A stretch of DNA of 62,765 bases, filler included, from Chiloscyllium plagiosum (taxonomy: Eukaryota): the NCBI RefSeq assembly GCF_004010195.1. It is 3 parts of one record of this genome, joined end to end, with 100 filler letters (N's around TTAATTAATTAA, not from the genome) between each part and the next. Parts side by side here need not be neighbours in the genome. Positions count along the whole stretch, not along the records: positions 1 to 22,636 come from NC_057712.1; 2 more parts are not named here. One strand, 5' to 3'. Made by a program: the position numbers and the translations under genes. The notes beneath the pieces are model-generated. The model worked only from the letters and a program-made list of their open reading frames with translations, was not told where the DNA came from and searched no databases. Of this stretch, positions 1-11,972 are shown one piece after another. Positions within the stretch are counted from its first letter, which is position 1, and each line of letters opens with the position of its first letter.

Positions 1-525
1 TGAGAACATTCTGCACCCTCTCTGAGACATCCTTGATCTTGGCACCAGGGAAGCAACACAACATTCTGCTTTTTTGCTGCTGACCACAGAAACATCTGTC
101 TGTACCTCGAACTAGAGAATTCCCTAACACAATTGATCTCTTGGAACCCGACGTACCCCTCGTTGCATTAGAGCCAGTCTCAATACCAGAAACTTGGCTG
201 TTCATGCTACGTTCCCCTGAGAATCCATCACCCCCTACATTTTCCAAAACAGCATACCTGTTTGAAATGGGTATATCCAAAAAAGCCTCCTGCCCTAGGT
301 GCTGACCTCTCTCACCCTCCCTGGAGTTAACCCATCTGTGTGACTGTATCTGAGACTTACCCCCCCGTCCTATAACTGCCATCCATCACATACTGTTGCT
401 GTTGCAAATTCCTCATCGCTTGTATCTGTCTCTCCAACCGAACCACTCGATCTCTCTCTCTCTTTTTCCAAAGTTCCAAAACAATGCAACAGCATATAAA
501 ATGGTAATCGCTGCTCCTGGCATTC
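1..525 (-). mobile_element. CR1 LINE ORF1 fragment (GDSL/SGNH esterase-type ORF1), runs off the window edge
   Basis: Reverse strand of 1-135 reads IVLGNSLVRGTDRCFCGQQQKSRMLCCFPGAKIKDVSERVQNVL, the GDS-block signature of CR1 ORF1 esterase. Upstream coiled-coil segment RDRVVRLERQIQAMRNLQ is in ORF 357..545. Confidence 0.85.
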
Positions 526-724
526 GAGGAAATCACCTCCAGCACCTAAAATACCTCAAAAAAGGAGCAGCTCTTACAGCCAGAAATTTTTCCCGTCCTC
601 TATCTTAGATTACCCAGAATCCTGTCGAAGCAGTAGCAGACATTTAAAAGGATATTCGAGAATACTCTGAGTGAGTACATTTCTAGTATAAAAGAAAATT
701 CCAAAATTCCTGTCTCTGTTTAAT

Positions 725-863
725 TTAAAGAATTTAAGTAAAGCGTCAAACTTAAGGAAAAAGCATATAATTGTGCAAAGTTGAGTGACAGGTCAGATGA
801 CTGGTCCAAATACAAAGAACAGATCATTATGACTGAAAGTTTAATCAGGAAGAAGACAAGAAG
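725..863 (+). mobile_element. Old CR1 ORF2 fragment, left part (continues at 2964)
   Basis: Translates to VKLKEKAYNCAKLSDRSDDWSKYKEQ, the CR1 APE-RT linker region. Confidence 0.65.
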
Positions 864-2963
864 ACCATAATACATTAAGCTTCAATCTGCAATTTGAGAG
901 GGAGAGGGTACAGTCGGAAGTGACAGTACTTCTGTTGAATAAAGGGAACTATGGAGCTATGAGGGAGGAGTTAGCCAAAGTTCAATGGTGCAATACATTA
1001 GCAGGAATGACAGTGGAGGAACAATGGCGGATATTTCTGTGTATACTGCAGAAGATGCAGGATCAGTTCATTCCTAAAAGGAAGAAAGATCCCAGGAGGA
1101 GGCTTGGGCGGCCGTGGCTGACGAGGGAAGTTAAGAAACATATAAAGTTAAAAGAGAAAAAGTATAACATAGCAAAGACAGGTGGGAAAACGGAGGACTA
1201 GGAAGCTTTTAAAGAGCAACAGAGGATTACTAAGGAAATACGCAGAGAAAAAAATTAGGTACGAAGTTAAACTGGCCAAAAATATAAAGGAGGTTAGTAA
1301 AAGCTTTTTTAAGTATGTGCAAGGCAAAAAAATGTTTAGGACTAAAATTGGGCCCTTGCAGACAGAAGCAGGGGAATATATTACGGGGAACAAAGAAATG
1401 GCAGAAGAATTAAATGGGTACTTCAGATCTGTGTTCACTGGGGAAGACACAAGCTATTTCCCTGAGGTAACAGTGGCTGAAGGACCTGCACTTAAGGGAA
1501 TTTATATTTGCCAGGATTTGGTATTGGAGAAACTGTTAGGTCTGAAGGTTGATAAGTCTCCAGGGCCTGATGGTCTACATCCTAGGGTGTGGCCCGGGGG
1601 TGGCTCGGGAAATCGTGGATGCGGTGGCGGTTATTTTCCAGAGTTCGATAGATTCGGGGTTGGTTCCTGAGGATTGGAGGGTGGCTAATGTTATACCACT
1701 TTTTAAGAAAGGTGGGAGAGAGAAAGCAGGAAATTATAGACCAGTTAGTCTGACCTCAGTGGTGGGAAAGATGCTGGAGTCTATTATAAAGGAAGAAATT
1801 ACTGCACATCTGGATAGTAGTAACAGGATAGGACAGAGTCAGCATGGATTTATAAAGGGGAAATCATGCTTGACTAATCCTCTTGAATTTTTTGAGGATG
1901 TAACTAGGAAGTTGGACGAGGGAAATCCAGTAGAGGTAGTGTACCTGGACTTTCAGAAAGCCTTTGATAAAGNNNNNNNNNNNNNNNNNNNNNNNNNNNN
2001 NNNNNNNNNNNNNNNNNNNNNNNNNNNNNNNNNNNNNNNNNNNNNNNNNNNNNNNNNNNNNNNNNNNNNNNNNNNNNNNNNNNNNNNNNNNNNNNNNNNN
2101 NNNNNNNNNNNNNNNNNNNNNNNNNNNNNNNNNNNNNNNNNNNNNNNNNNNNNNNNNNNNNNNNNNNNNNNNNNNNNNNNNNNNNNNNNNNNNNNNNNNN
2201 NNNNNNNNNNNNNNNNNNNNNNNNNNNNNNNNNNNNNNNNNNNNNNNNNNNNNNNNNNNNNNNNNNNNNNNNNNNNNNNNNNNNNNNNNNNNNNNNNNNN
2301 NNNNNNNNNNNNNNNNNNNNNNNNNNNNNNNNNNNNNNNNNNNNNNNNNNNNNNNNNNNNNNNNNNNNNNNNNNNNNNNNNNNNNNNNNNNNNNNNNNNN
2401 NNNNNNNNNNNNNNNNNNNNNNNNNNNNNNNNNNNNNNNNNNNNNNNNNNNNNNNNNNNNNNNNNNNNNNNNNNNNNNNNNNNNNNNNNNNNNNNNNNNN
2501 NNNNNNNNNNNNNNNNNNNNNNNNNNNNNNNNNNNNNNNNNNNNNNNNNNNNNNNNNNNNNNNNNNNNNNNNNNNNNNNNNNNNNNNNNNNNNNNNNNNT
2601 TAAAGGATTGGACATTCTGGAGGCAGGAAACATGTTTCCGCTGATGGGTGAGTACCGAACCTGAGGACACAGCTTAAAAATACGGGGTAGATCATTTAGG
2701 ACAGAGATGAGGAGAAACTTGTTCACCCAGAGAGTGGTGGCTGTGTGGAATGCTCTGCCCCAGAGGGCAGTGGAGGGCCAGTCTCTGGATTCATTTAAGA
2801 AAGAGTTGGATAGAGTTCTCAAAGATAGTGGAATCAAGGGTTATGGAGATAAGGCAGGAAGAGGATACTGATTAGGAATGATCAGCCATGATCATATTGA
2901 ATGGTGGTGCAGGCTCGAAGGGCTGAATGGCCTACTCCTGCACCTATTGTCTATTGTCTATTA
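864..2963 (+). mobile_element. Young 5'-truncated CR1 LINE (ORF2 RT, frameshifted; spans assembly gap 1972-2599)
   Basis: ORFs 920..1201, 1182..1670 and 1549..2664 carry KSPGPDGLHPRV, PEDWRVANVIPLFKKG, NYRPVSLTSVVGK, QHGFIKGKSCLTN and YLDFQKAFDK. CR1 3' UTR ends in a (CTATTGT)n tail. Confidence 0.95.
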
Positions 2964-3092
2964 GAGCTTGAGAAGTTAGCTACAAATGTAAAAGCAGATG
3001 GCAAGAGTTTCTATATAAATAGTAAAAAAGTAACTAAAATGAGTGTTGGTGCTTTAGAGAGTAAAATTGGGAGTTTATAGTAGTAAAGAAAT
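2964..3092 (+). mobile_element. Old CR1 ORF2 fragment, right part
   Basis: EKLATNVKADGKSFYINSKKVTKMSVGALES directly continues the 725-863 fragment. Confidence 0.65.
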
Positions 3093-3094
3093 GT

Positions 3095-3895
3095 TTTGTT
3101 CCCCACAGATACTGTTAGACCTGCTGAGTTTATCCAATACTTTTCTATTTTTATTGACATGAAAATAATTTGTTTTAAAAATATACAATTTGTTTTATGA
3201 ATAATTTCAAATTTTGTTCTTTGAAAATCTAGACAGCCCAACTTCTGTGCTTGTGATGTAATTTTGTATTTTGTGTGATGTTGCAATTTAAATAGGTTGA
3301 ATTTCAGGTTAATGACCTTTCCTCAGAAACTGGGAGAAGTTAGAGAAGTAATAGTTTTTGAGAGCAAGGTTGGTGGGGCAAGGATAAAAGAAAGGTCTGT
3401 GATAGGGTGAAAACATAAGAGATTGAATGACACAACAGTTACTTTTCTATGGCTAAATGGAAAGAAGATGAGACAAGAAAACAAAGAAACAAAAGTGAGC
3501 AGATGTACTGTTGACAAAAACAAACAGGGCAAAATCAAAACAAGATCAAAAAGAAAATAGAAGGGATGTAAGACATGTGAAACCTTTGAACTCAAAATTG
3601 CATCTAGAAAGCTGCGAAGTGTATTAGGCCAAGAGTAGAAATGTGAGTACAAGAGCAAAGTACAGAATTAAAATGAGACACCACTGGAAATTCACGTTCA
3701 TGCTTATGGACTGAATGGAGATGTTCTACAATGTGGCCACCCAATCTGTGTTGGTCTCCCTACTATAGTGGAGATCACATTGTAACCAGTGAATACAGTA
3801 GACGAGAATGGAAGAAGTACATAGAAATCACAGCTTCACCTGGAAGGAGTGTTTAGGACCTAAGACTGTGAGGAGGTAAAGAGGCAGATGTTAAA
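3095..3895 (-). mobile_element. Degraded Penelope-like element (GIY-YIG 3' end plus pLTR remnants)
   Basis: Reverse strand of about 3720-3890 reads GPKHSFQVKL*FLCTSSILVYCIHWLQCDLHYSRET, homologous to the better-preserved GIY-YIG at 60330-60560. Confidence 0.7.
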
Positions 3896-4955
3896 CTTCA
3901 AGACTGGAGTTTAAATTAATGTAGCTCAGAAATCATGTGTTGGGCAGATATGAATTTCTCACTTTATATGGTCTTACCTTTATTGGAACATACAGACAAA
4001 AGAATTTTAGCAGCGTGTTTGTTTATGGATAGAATCACAGTCAAACTTAATTTATGATCCATAATGGCAAACATTTGAGCAGATCACTGAATATTAATTG
4101 TGGTGGTAACTGAAGGGGAAATGGACATATGGGATTCATGGGACACTTGATGTAGAATACAGATGATTGAAAGTTTGCCTGTGAGAAACGAAAAGTTAAC
4201 AGAGCAATCAAGAGGTAGATGAAGGCTTGGGGTGTGGGCAAGACAGAAAGTCATATGGTAATATGAGTAAGAAGAGCAAATCAGAGAAGGGAGTAAGATG
4301 AAAATATGATGTGATTAAAGAAACAGCTCTTTAAATAAACATTTATAACTGCATAAATTGATAGCTCAAACATTGTAGAACCCCTAAAATAATTTGGAAG
4401 AATTTGTATGCTTGTATCTAATAAAGATAGCTCACTTTGAACATTTAATTTGACTCTCAAGATATTCTGGGCACTGGGGCAACCCTCAGCCTTTATGATA
4501 AGGCTGGTTAATTTTACCCTCATCCCCCAGAAACACAAGGTTATTGGGGTTGGTCTGGAAGGTGAGAGGACTGGTAGCATGGAAGAGAAGACGCTGGAAA
4601 GGAAGCCTTTTTTTTCTGTTACTGTGGCATATTGTCACTGGTGGAAATTTAGCATCATTTTTGACCATCTGATGACTAACTGAGTCATTTAGTGACTGAA
4701 TTGATGGTTACATCTATGCACCTAAGTATTTTGCCCACTTCAGGAAGACCGGCAGCCCTATGGGGAGACCACCAGGGAAATCCTTGTGGCACCAAAATGG
4801 GTTCCTGAGGAGCGGGTAGCAGTTTTGTTTGTGAGTTCCTTCAGACCTGAAATGGTCTTGTGTTGATTAAGATATCCACCTTTCTGGTCTAACTCAGTGA
4901 ATTTTGCTGAATAAACAATTTGAAATTGATTACATTACAGTGACTATTTATATGT

Positions 4956-5175
4956 TACACAGTCCCTGATTTACAAACAGCCAACTTACGAATGCTTATA
5001 CTTGCAAGTGAGATCCCATATGAAAATTAATTTTAATGATTTGACATGCAAATGTCCACTCATACTTACAAACAGCCTTTTTATATTGTACTGTATTGTG
5101 TTCTGACCTGTATACAAATCGATTTACAAATGTACTCAGGAACTGAACCTATTTGTAACCTGGGGACTGCTTGTA
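4956..5175. mobile_element. Tc1/mariner (Tigger/pogo-type) MITE
   Basis: Imperfect terminal inverted repeats: TACACAGTCCCTGATTTACAAA versus reverse complement of right end TACAAGCAGTCCCCAGGTTACAAA. TA at both ends, no coding capacity. Confidence 0.7.
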
Positions 5176-7845
5176 CATTAATATGATCTACATTACTATA
5201 GAGATCGGTAGGAGCAGACCAGCCCTAGATCTGTTTCCTAAAAGCTCCTACTTTACACTGATCATGTCACTGTGATAACAGCACAGTGGTTGAAGCTTTC
5301 TGCACTTAATCAAGTATTAACCATTTCAGATCTATATACAATAGGGGGCATCCTTTATAGGTGCTTTTTGGCCCATGAAGGGGCTCCATGAAGACAGTGG
5401 CTATCCCACAGCAATACCATTGACCTTGCACTGTGATGTGATACTCATTGTCCTCTACCTCACCTAAGGAACCCCCTCCCCTAAACTTAATGTGTTACCA
5501 CTGACACATCCTCATCCAGGAGACACACCTTTGGCAGTAGCAAACTACTGCTAGTAGTGATCCTACCAGAGATTCTGAGTTGTCACCTCTCTGAATGGCT
5601 GGCAGCTCAAGGACATAAGCTCAACTGGACAGCAGCCCTATTGGAGACATGTTAATTTGCTATTGCTAACAATATCTTTCCCCACCATCTCACTGTACAC
5701 CCAAGCCCTAGTCAACATTTGTCTACCAGCCTGCTGCCCACATCAACCCCAAAGTAGTAACTTTACAGGTTAAGCAGCAAAATGCCACTCAGAAGCTAAT
5801 CTCAATGCCTTTAAGTTAGTTTCAGCGACCTCAGTATGACTCAGCTTACTGAAAGGATTTGTGTTATTTTCTATTTGGTAAGAAGGAAATTATTCTTCAG
5901 CCAAGTATACCTTCATGTAATTGTGGGGTTTCTATACTGGATAAACACCCCGCCAATCATTATATTATTATTTGCTCAATTGCACTTGATAAGTTTTTCA
6001 TAAGGAAATCATTAATAACCAAAAAAAAGATTGCCTTGCAAGTTAGCTGTTGTCATCAGTTCCCAGGGAAGTGAAAATTAGGTTTTGAATTTTTATCCTG
6101 GGATTCACTGCTAGAAAGACTGCTTACTTTAGTGTCGGAAGAAGGCAAGATCAGATTTTTTGATTTAATTTCAGATTTCCAGGATCCATAGTAACTTGTT
6201 TTTATCTCCAAAATATGCTGTAATAGCTAAGTGCTTACTTTTAGCATTTTATTACAAGAAAGTATGGAACGAGATAAATACTATTTAATCATTTAAACCT
6301 GCTCCTTGGAATGAGCTTTTACCATCCTCCATTAATACAAAATCAATGGTAATTTTACTCCATCAGCAACAGAAATAATTAACACCTTTGAGCCTAATTA
6401 TGTGTGACAGAACCAGCTTTAGCACAAATGTAGTACGTAAGCATGATTTGAATGCCTGACATTTCTGTCACCTCTTTTGAGTTGGCACGGAATGATGAAA
6501 AACAATATACTGAACAAAGGAAATAAAGTGTAATTTGATTTCTGTTAAGTTTGTTTTATTGCTAAGAAGCAATTTACCTATCCAATGCCAGTAATTTAAA
6601 ATAAAACACTGAGTTGACAGTGAATTAAACGTAATGTATAGTGAGTGGTGTGTTCCTATTGCATTACATTGAAACAAAAAATATTAACACATTGAGTGTG
6701 AGCAATTTTTTTATTTTACTAAATATCTTTATAAATCCAACTTTGTTATGAAACTGAAAATAAGCAATTTTCAGATGTAATATTATTCTTAACGTAGTCA
6801 GTTTCAGAGACATCCAAATGACTGATGCTACAGGATCTCCTGTGCATTAGTACTCAAAGGGTTAAATAAAATCACAAGATTAACTTACCAAAGAATTGAA
6901 GCTCTTTCAGTTTAGAGACACAATCATGTTCTGTGCGCATTGAATACACAGTTTGGAAGCAAAACAAAGTGTCTGGGATAAAAATAATTATTTAGAGAAG
7001 CAAATTATCACATGGCAGAAGAATTAGCTGAAGGTAAAAGAAAATCTATTTTGTATAATGTAACTTCAAAAAGGTTAAGAGTATATCTAAAGTAAAATTT
7101 ATTCTACTGGTTCCATGGCATTCTGGATTGTAGTTCTGTTCCTCATTTGGTGAACTCACATTTGCAGTGTCTGTAAGTTCAGCTTGAGGAGCCTTTCAGT
7201 TTGTTTTGGCCACCCCTGAAAATCTGTAGACAGTAACTGTGTAAGAGATGACTCTGATGCCTAAAAGTAGATGACTGTTTCTTTAAACAATGGATGATTT
7301 AGAACACAAATTCATTGAACTCTAAGAACAAGGATTTTGATTAAATTATGACAGAAACCTGGAGTTAAAGAATGAATAATACTAATGCTTGATAAGGTTT
7401 AATTCTGTAACCTAATCTTTCTGTTCTAATTAGAATTTATTTTACATCTGTGTTGAACTACAGCTCCTTTTAAACAAACTTAGAACTTCATCTTGAAAAT
7501 CTCTTTAAAACTTATTTATTTGCCCACTATATAATCTTCGTAATTCCTGATCAATTTCAATTGTGCCTCAGTGTCCCAACCCCATGTTCGTAGTGCCTCA
7601 GATAGTTTGGATGTTAAAACTGCTTCACATGTACAGGAAATTAAAGTAAGCCACTGCTAAATTGTAGACAATCCTCCGTATTCAAGCAATACAGGAACAT
7701 TCCAACAGGGCCATCAACATAGAATTTGAAATTCTTAATGTTTGGACTTTAGAGCATAAATGTGTGAAATGTAGAAACAGGAGATTTGGTCATTTTTAAT
7801 GTATCAGCATGTGTCTGTTATTGTAGTTAAACTTGCATTGAGTGT

Positions 7846-7851
7846 TTTATT
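7846..7851 (-). promoter_or_regulatory. Candidate polyadenylation signal (AATAAA) of the minus-strand gene
   Basis: TTTATT on + strand, about 40 nt downstream of the TAA at 7891-7889. Confidence 0.45.
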
Positions 7852-7888
7852 TTGTACAAGCTAAAAAAATGTTCTCAGTGAAGATTTG

Positions 7889-8005
7889 TTATTTCAACTC
7901 GATGACCATTGGCGATTCAAGTCCAAGAGGCTGGGAATGAAGTTTCAGAGAGTGAAGCCAGCACATAGTAATTCTATCTGTCTTCCCTGGTCTCATGCCA
8001 TGAAT
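7889..8005 (-). CDS. Terminal coding exon of unidentified minus-strand gene (IHGMRPGKTDRITMCWLHSLKLHSQPLGLESPMVIELK*)
   Basis: Strong acceptor TTTTCTTCCCATCGCTTTCACAG, phase 0. The other two frames stop early. AATAAA downstream, and phase matches the upstream exon. Confidence 0.7.
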   Translation of the reverse strand: MHGMRPGKTDRITMCWLHSLKLHSQPLGLESPMVIELK

Positions 8006-8974
8006 CTGTGAAAGCGATGGGAAGAAAAACAAAATTCTAGCCAAAAGAATATGGTGGGCTATGTCAAAAGATAAACATGTAGTTAAACCTATAATACAAG
8101 ATTGATTATTAATAGAAAACCTAAAAGACAATTTGATAACCTATTTGAACATTAATTTATCAAATTTATTCATTGTATATTGTTAGTATTTAATTAATCG
8201 GATCTGGGGATAAATGTAAAACTAACTGAAGGGAGATAATAGTGTTAAAAAGATCTTCAATTTTTCATTGAATTAAATCCTGAGAAGGGTACATTCAATC
8301 AAGGATCCTCTCCTCTACAGCGTGGGGTCAGGATTCCATAGCAGCCAGTCTAGGCTGTAGAGCTCACAACTAGACAAATGTATTGTGAAGCAGGCATTTC
8401 TCAACCAGAGCTGCCTGGTGAGACTGTTTAAGAGGACTGGCCACAGTCAGTCTTTGGGCCCATCCATAAAATCTATGGCAAAAGGGTGAGGGGGTGCAGG
8501 AAAGCCACTGCCTTCGGAAAGAAACTTGGACATGTATTTTTTGGGATTGGAGGCTGCAGCCTGCAGGTGTAGGCTCACATAGATGGGTTGAATGGGAAAG
8601 TGGGGATGTGTGAAGTCAGAGGGGCTCACAGGGAGGACAATCAGGAAGTAGATCTGGATGTTTGATACCTTTCCGACACGTGGAGATGGAAACCAGGGCC
8701 CAAAAATCTGCTAGTTGCCATCATGCGAGAAATTAAAACCATGCAATGGAAAAGAAAATGGCTACAATCTCAACCAGAGTGGGCAGGATAAGTATCTCAA
8801 TCTGTGAGGGATGGGTCCGCTATACCCACTGATGTGAGGCTCTTTTAAATGCAAAAATATTAGACACTGATCCTTGAACTGTACAGTAAGCAAAACTATG
8901 TGGTCCCTAATCTCTTGGCTGCCTGTGTGCTGAAAACCTCCTTGCTCAGCTAAATGGAAAGAAGATTGGCAAAG

Positions 8975-9072
8975 AGTCATTCTCGTAGAGATGTACAGCA
9001 TGGAAACAGACCCTTTGGTTCACCTCATCCATGCCAACCAGATATACTAAATTAATCTGGTCCCATTTGCCA
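8975..9072 (-). mobile_element. CR1 3' tail fragment
   Basis: Reverse complement of the 3' UTR seen at 18700-18807 and 50270-50370. Confidence 0.8.
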
Positions 9073-9449
9073 GGAAATACTAGGAGGGTTTAAGGTTGTG
9101 GGATGCAATTTTGTTTTGACTGCATGTGATGCCAGTGTCTAAGATTGTTACCACGCAGCTGCAGAGTGCTCAAAATAGTCAGTGTATACGAGTAATTTTG
9201 GACTTTTCTAAGATAACTGTAAGTTATTTTCTAATTTCAAATGGATGTATAGGTGGATGCAAAATACTGTGCTTTATTATGTTAATACTTACTTTATTAT
9301 GTTAAGATTTATAAAAGTACTTTAAAATATCAAAGGCAATAATTGCATTTCCCTAATTGCCCTTGAGAAGGTTGTGGTGAGCTGCCTTCCTGAATCACAA
9401 CAATACTTGCATATTGGAAAATATTGGAGTAAAGATTAAACTTCAAAAT

Positions 9450-10190
9450 TTGCTGAGAATTTGTCAAATAGAGAGGAACCAACTACAACATGACATAAAT
9501 CATGGGTAGTAGAACTGACAGACAAAAGCTAAATGGAATTTAGCAAATGAACGAGTGAGCTGGTGGACTTTGAAAGAAGACAAAGGGTCAGCCAATATAT
9601 ATCCAATGGAACAGTTTCAGAGATGAACCTGGAGATTTGTGTGCACACATCTTTGAAGGCGTCAGCAAAGCAACAGGAAACTTGGGCTCCAGAAATAGAA
9701 ATATTAAGTATAGAAGCAGGGAAGTGAACTACTGCTGGAATATTGTGTCCAGTTCTGGACCCCTACTTTAGGAAGAATATGGGGTCCTTGAGAAGGTGAA
9801 GAGAAAATATATCATGGTTCCAGGGATGAGGAAATTTGGCTACACAAATAAGTTGGAGAAACTAGGTTATTCTCCTTGAAGAAAGAGGTTGAAGGGTTAT
9901 TTGGAACAGGTGCACATGACAGACTGGGGGATAAGATAAACTTTTTTCCCCCACTACCATATAGAAAAATGACTACAGGACAATGACTGAAAAGTTTGCA
10001 CAATAGATACAGGAGGGATGTGCTGAATAAAAAGAGTGGTAATGACTAGACACTTGAGGAAAATAACTTGCAGACCCATGGGATGGATCAGCAGATGACA
10101 ATTTCCTGGATTGCTCTAGAGACAGCCAACATAGACTTAATGAGGCAACTGGCCTGCTTCTTTTTTGTAATGACTCTATAGACTGAATTT
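9450..10190 (+). mobile_element. Old, heavily decayed CR1 3' end
   Basis: Remnants LEYCVQFWTPYFRK and LEKLGLFSL, followed by a CR1-type tail. Confidence 0.7.
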
Positions 10191-11014
10191 TCTGTTTGGG
10201 AATAGATATTAGGACTTGGAATTGATTCCATGTCCTGAACCTGTCTCCTGAGGGGAAGTCACTCTGTGGGATTTTTGTATAGAGAGTGCTTCCTTCATGA
10301 CACTGAGACAGATTTTCTGACCAATTAATGGAATGGACCAGCTCTAGATGTTGAAAGGAAAATTAAAGATCTTCCAGACTGAGATAAATAGCAGATTGCA
10401 AGTAAAAGCAAACAACAGAGAGGATGCTTCAGCATGGAGCCTCCTTACTAAAAAGAATGATAGTAAAACTTGTGAATGATGCACATTGGTCCAGCTTATC
10501 TTTATACACCAAAACTGCGCTCCAGTGCAATCAGTACATTCATTTTCAATTATGGATTAATTAACGGTCTTTCCTTCTGTGTTCTCACCATGGTATTGTG
10601 GGATGGGATGGGATGGGGCTGTAGGAGATGTGGCCATCGGGTCCCTGTAACCCTGTAGGTGACAGTTTGCCTGTCTTCTGCCTAGACAAGAAGCAGGGAA
10701 TACCTCTCAATCTGCTTGGATTAGACAGCAGACACCTCTGATTTCCACTGGGTGCCTGCCTCAAGGCAGTTAAATAACACCCAGTTGCATTGGAAAGGTG
10801 GAGAACATCTAGAACATCCCAGTTGGCCTTCATTGACAGTGCTTCAGTCATCTCTTAATATAATTGGTCAGTCATCTCACAGGGTTTCGATGTTCTGCTG
10901 GGTCCAAAACTGCTTCTGCTTTGGTTATGGTGGAATCACATAGAATACAAATGTTATTATCAATGTTTCCTTTATTATGAATAAGATGAATAATGATTAA
11001 ATGATTTACTTTTG

Positions 11015-11186
11015 TAATGTTGATTGAGAGAAAGATGTTGGCCAAGACAGTGAGAAAACATTCTGTTCTTCCTCAAAATAGAATCAGAATCTCAACCTTG
11101 GGTTTTTAATGCACTTAGGACCTGGAAGAGGACTTGAACCTGGGACCTTTTGAATCAGAGGCAAGAATGCTACCAACTGAGCCCTA
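11015..11186 (-). mobile_element. tRNA-derived SINE with Deu-domain-like body
   Basis: A box GGCTCAGTTGG (11183-11173) and B box GGTTCAAGTCC (11140-11130). Body resembles the DeuSINE core from memory. Confidence 0.65.
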
Positions 11187-11394
11187 GCTGACTTACTACT
11201 GTGAATGGGAAAGAAGCATGTGACTGATGCTGGCATTTTCAGACCCCATTGCTTACATTCTGAACCTTGGCAGGGTCCCAAAATCCTGCCTTATGACATA
11301 CCAAATCACATGTCCAAAATACTGGTCACAGGTAGTCTAGTAGAGAACAGATATATGCAGAAGCATGAATGGATCATCATAGCTGTATTTTAAA

Positions 11395-11610
11395 TAAAAG
11401 CTGAAAGAACTGCAGATGCTGTAAATCAGAAATCAAAACAGAAACTGTTGGAAAAAGTCAGTAGATCTGGCAGCATCTGTAGATAGAAGTCAGAGTTAAT
11501 GTTTTGGGTCAATTGACCCTTCCTCAGAAGCTTGAAATGTTAATTCTGACTTCTATCCACAGATGCTGCCAGGCCTTTGGTGCTTTTCCAGCAATTTCTG
11601 TTTTTATAGC
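11395..11610. mobile_element. Fold-back Penelope-pLTR-derived element with degenerate hammerhead core
   Basis: About 70-bp inverted arms 11435-11505 / 11534-11605. Minus strand reads CTGAGGA-AGGGTC-AATT-GACCC-AAAACATT. Confidence 0.7.
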
Positions 11611-11972
11611 TATATTTTATTTGACCAATATTTGTCACTCACCAATTTATGCTTCTCAATTCTCTGTCAGGCATGAGGAATTTTATGATTTGTTAATGGA
11701 ACCACCAAAAACATTGAAAGTAACAGGTTCCCTTTATTAAGCAAACTATTGACTTCAAACTCATTTTCTTTCTTTAATTGTTTCACAGTTACTTGTAAAC
11801 TTCAAATATTAAAAAAAATCAGTTGAAAGTGTTAAACTCCCAATAGTTGTACATTCTTATGTAAATAAAACTACATAAACACTACATAATTTCTGCCTTA
11901 ATAACTATACTACTACTTTAAATCAAATATTTCAGCAGGTATATTGGGAAGCCACCATCTAATAGTACAACT

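Noticed and set aside
1864..2837. Long ORFs 1864..2670, 1953..2837, 1964..2644 and the length of 1549..2664
   Set aside because: They run through a 628-nt N gap, so the lengths are artefacts.
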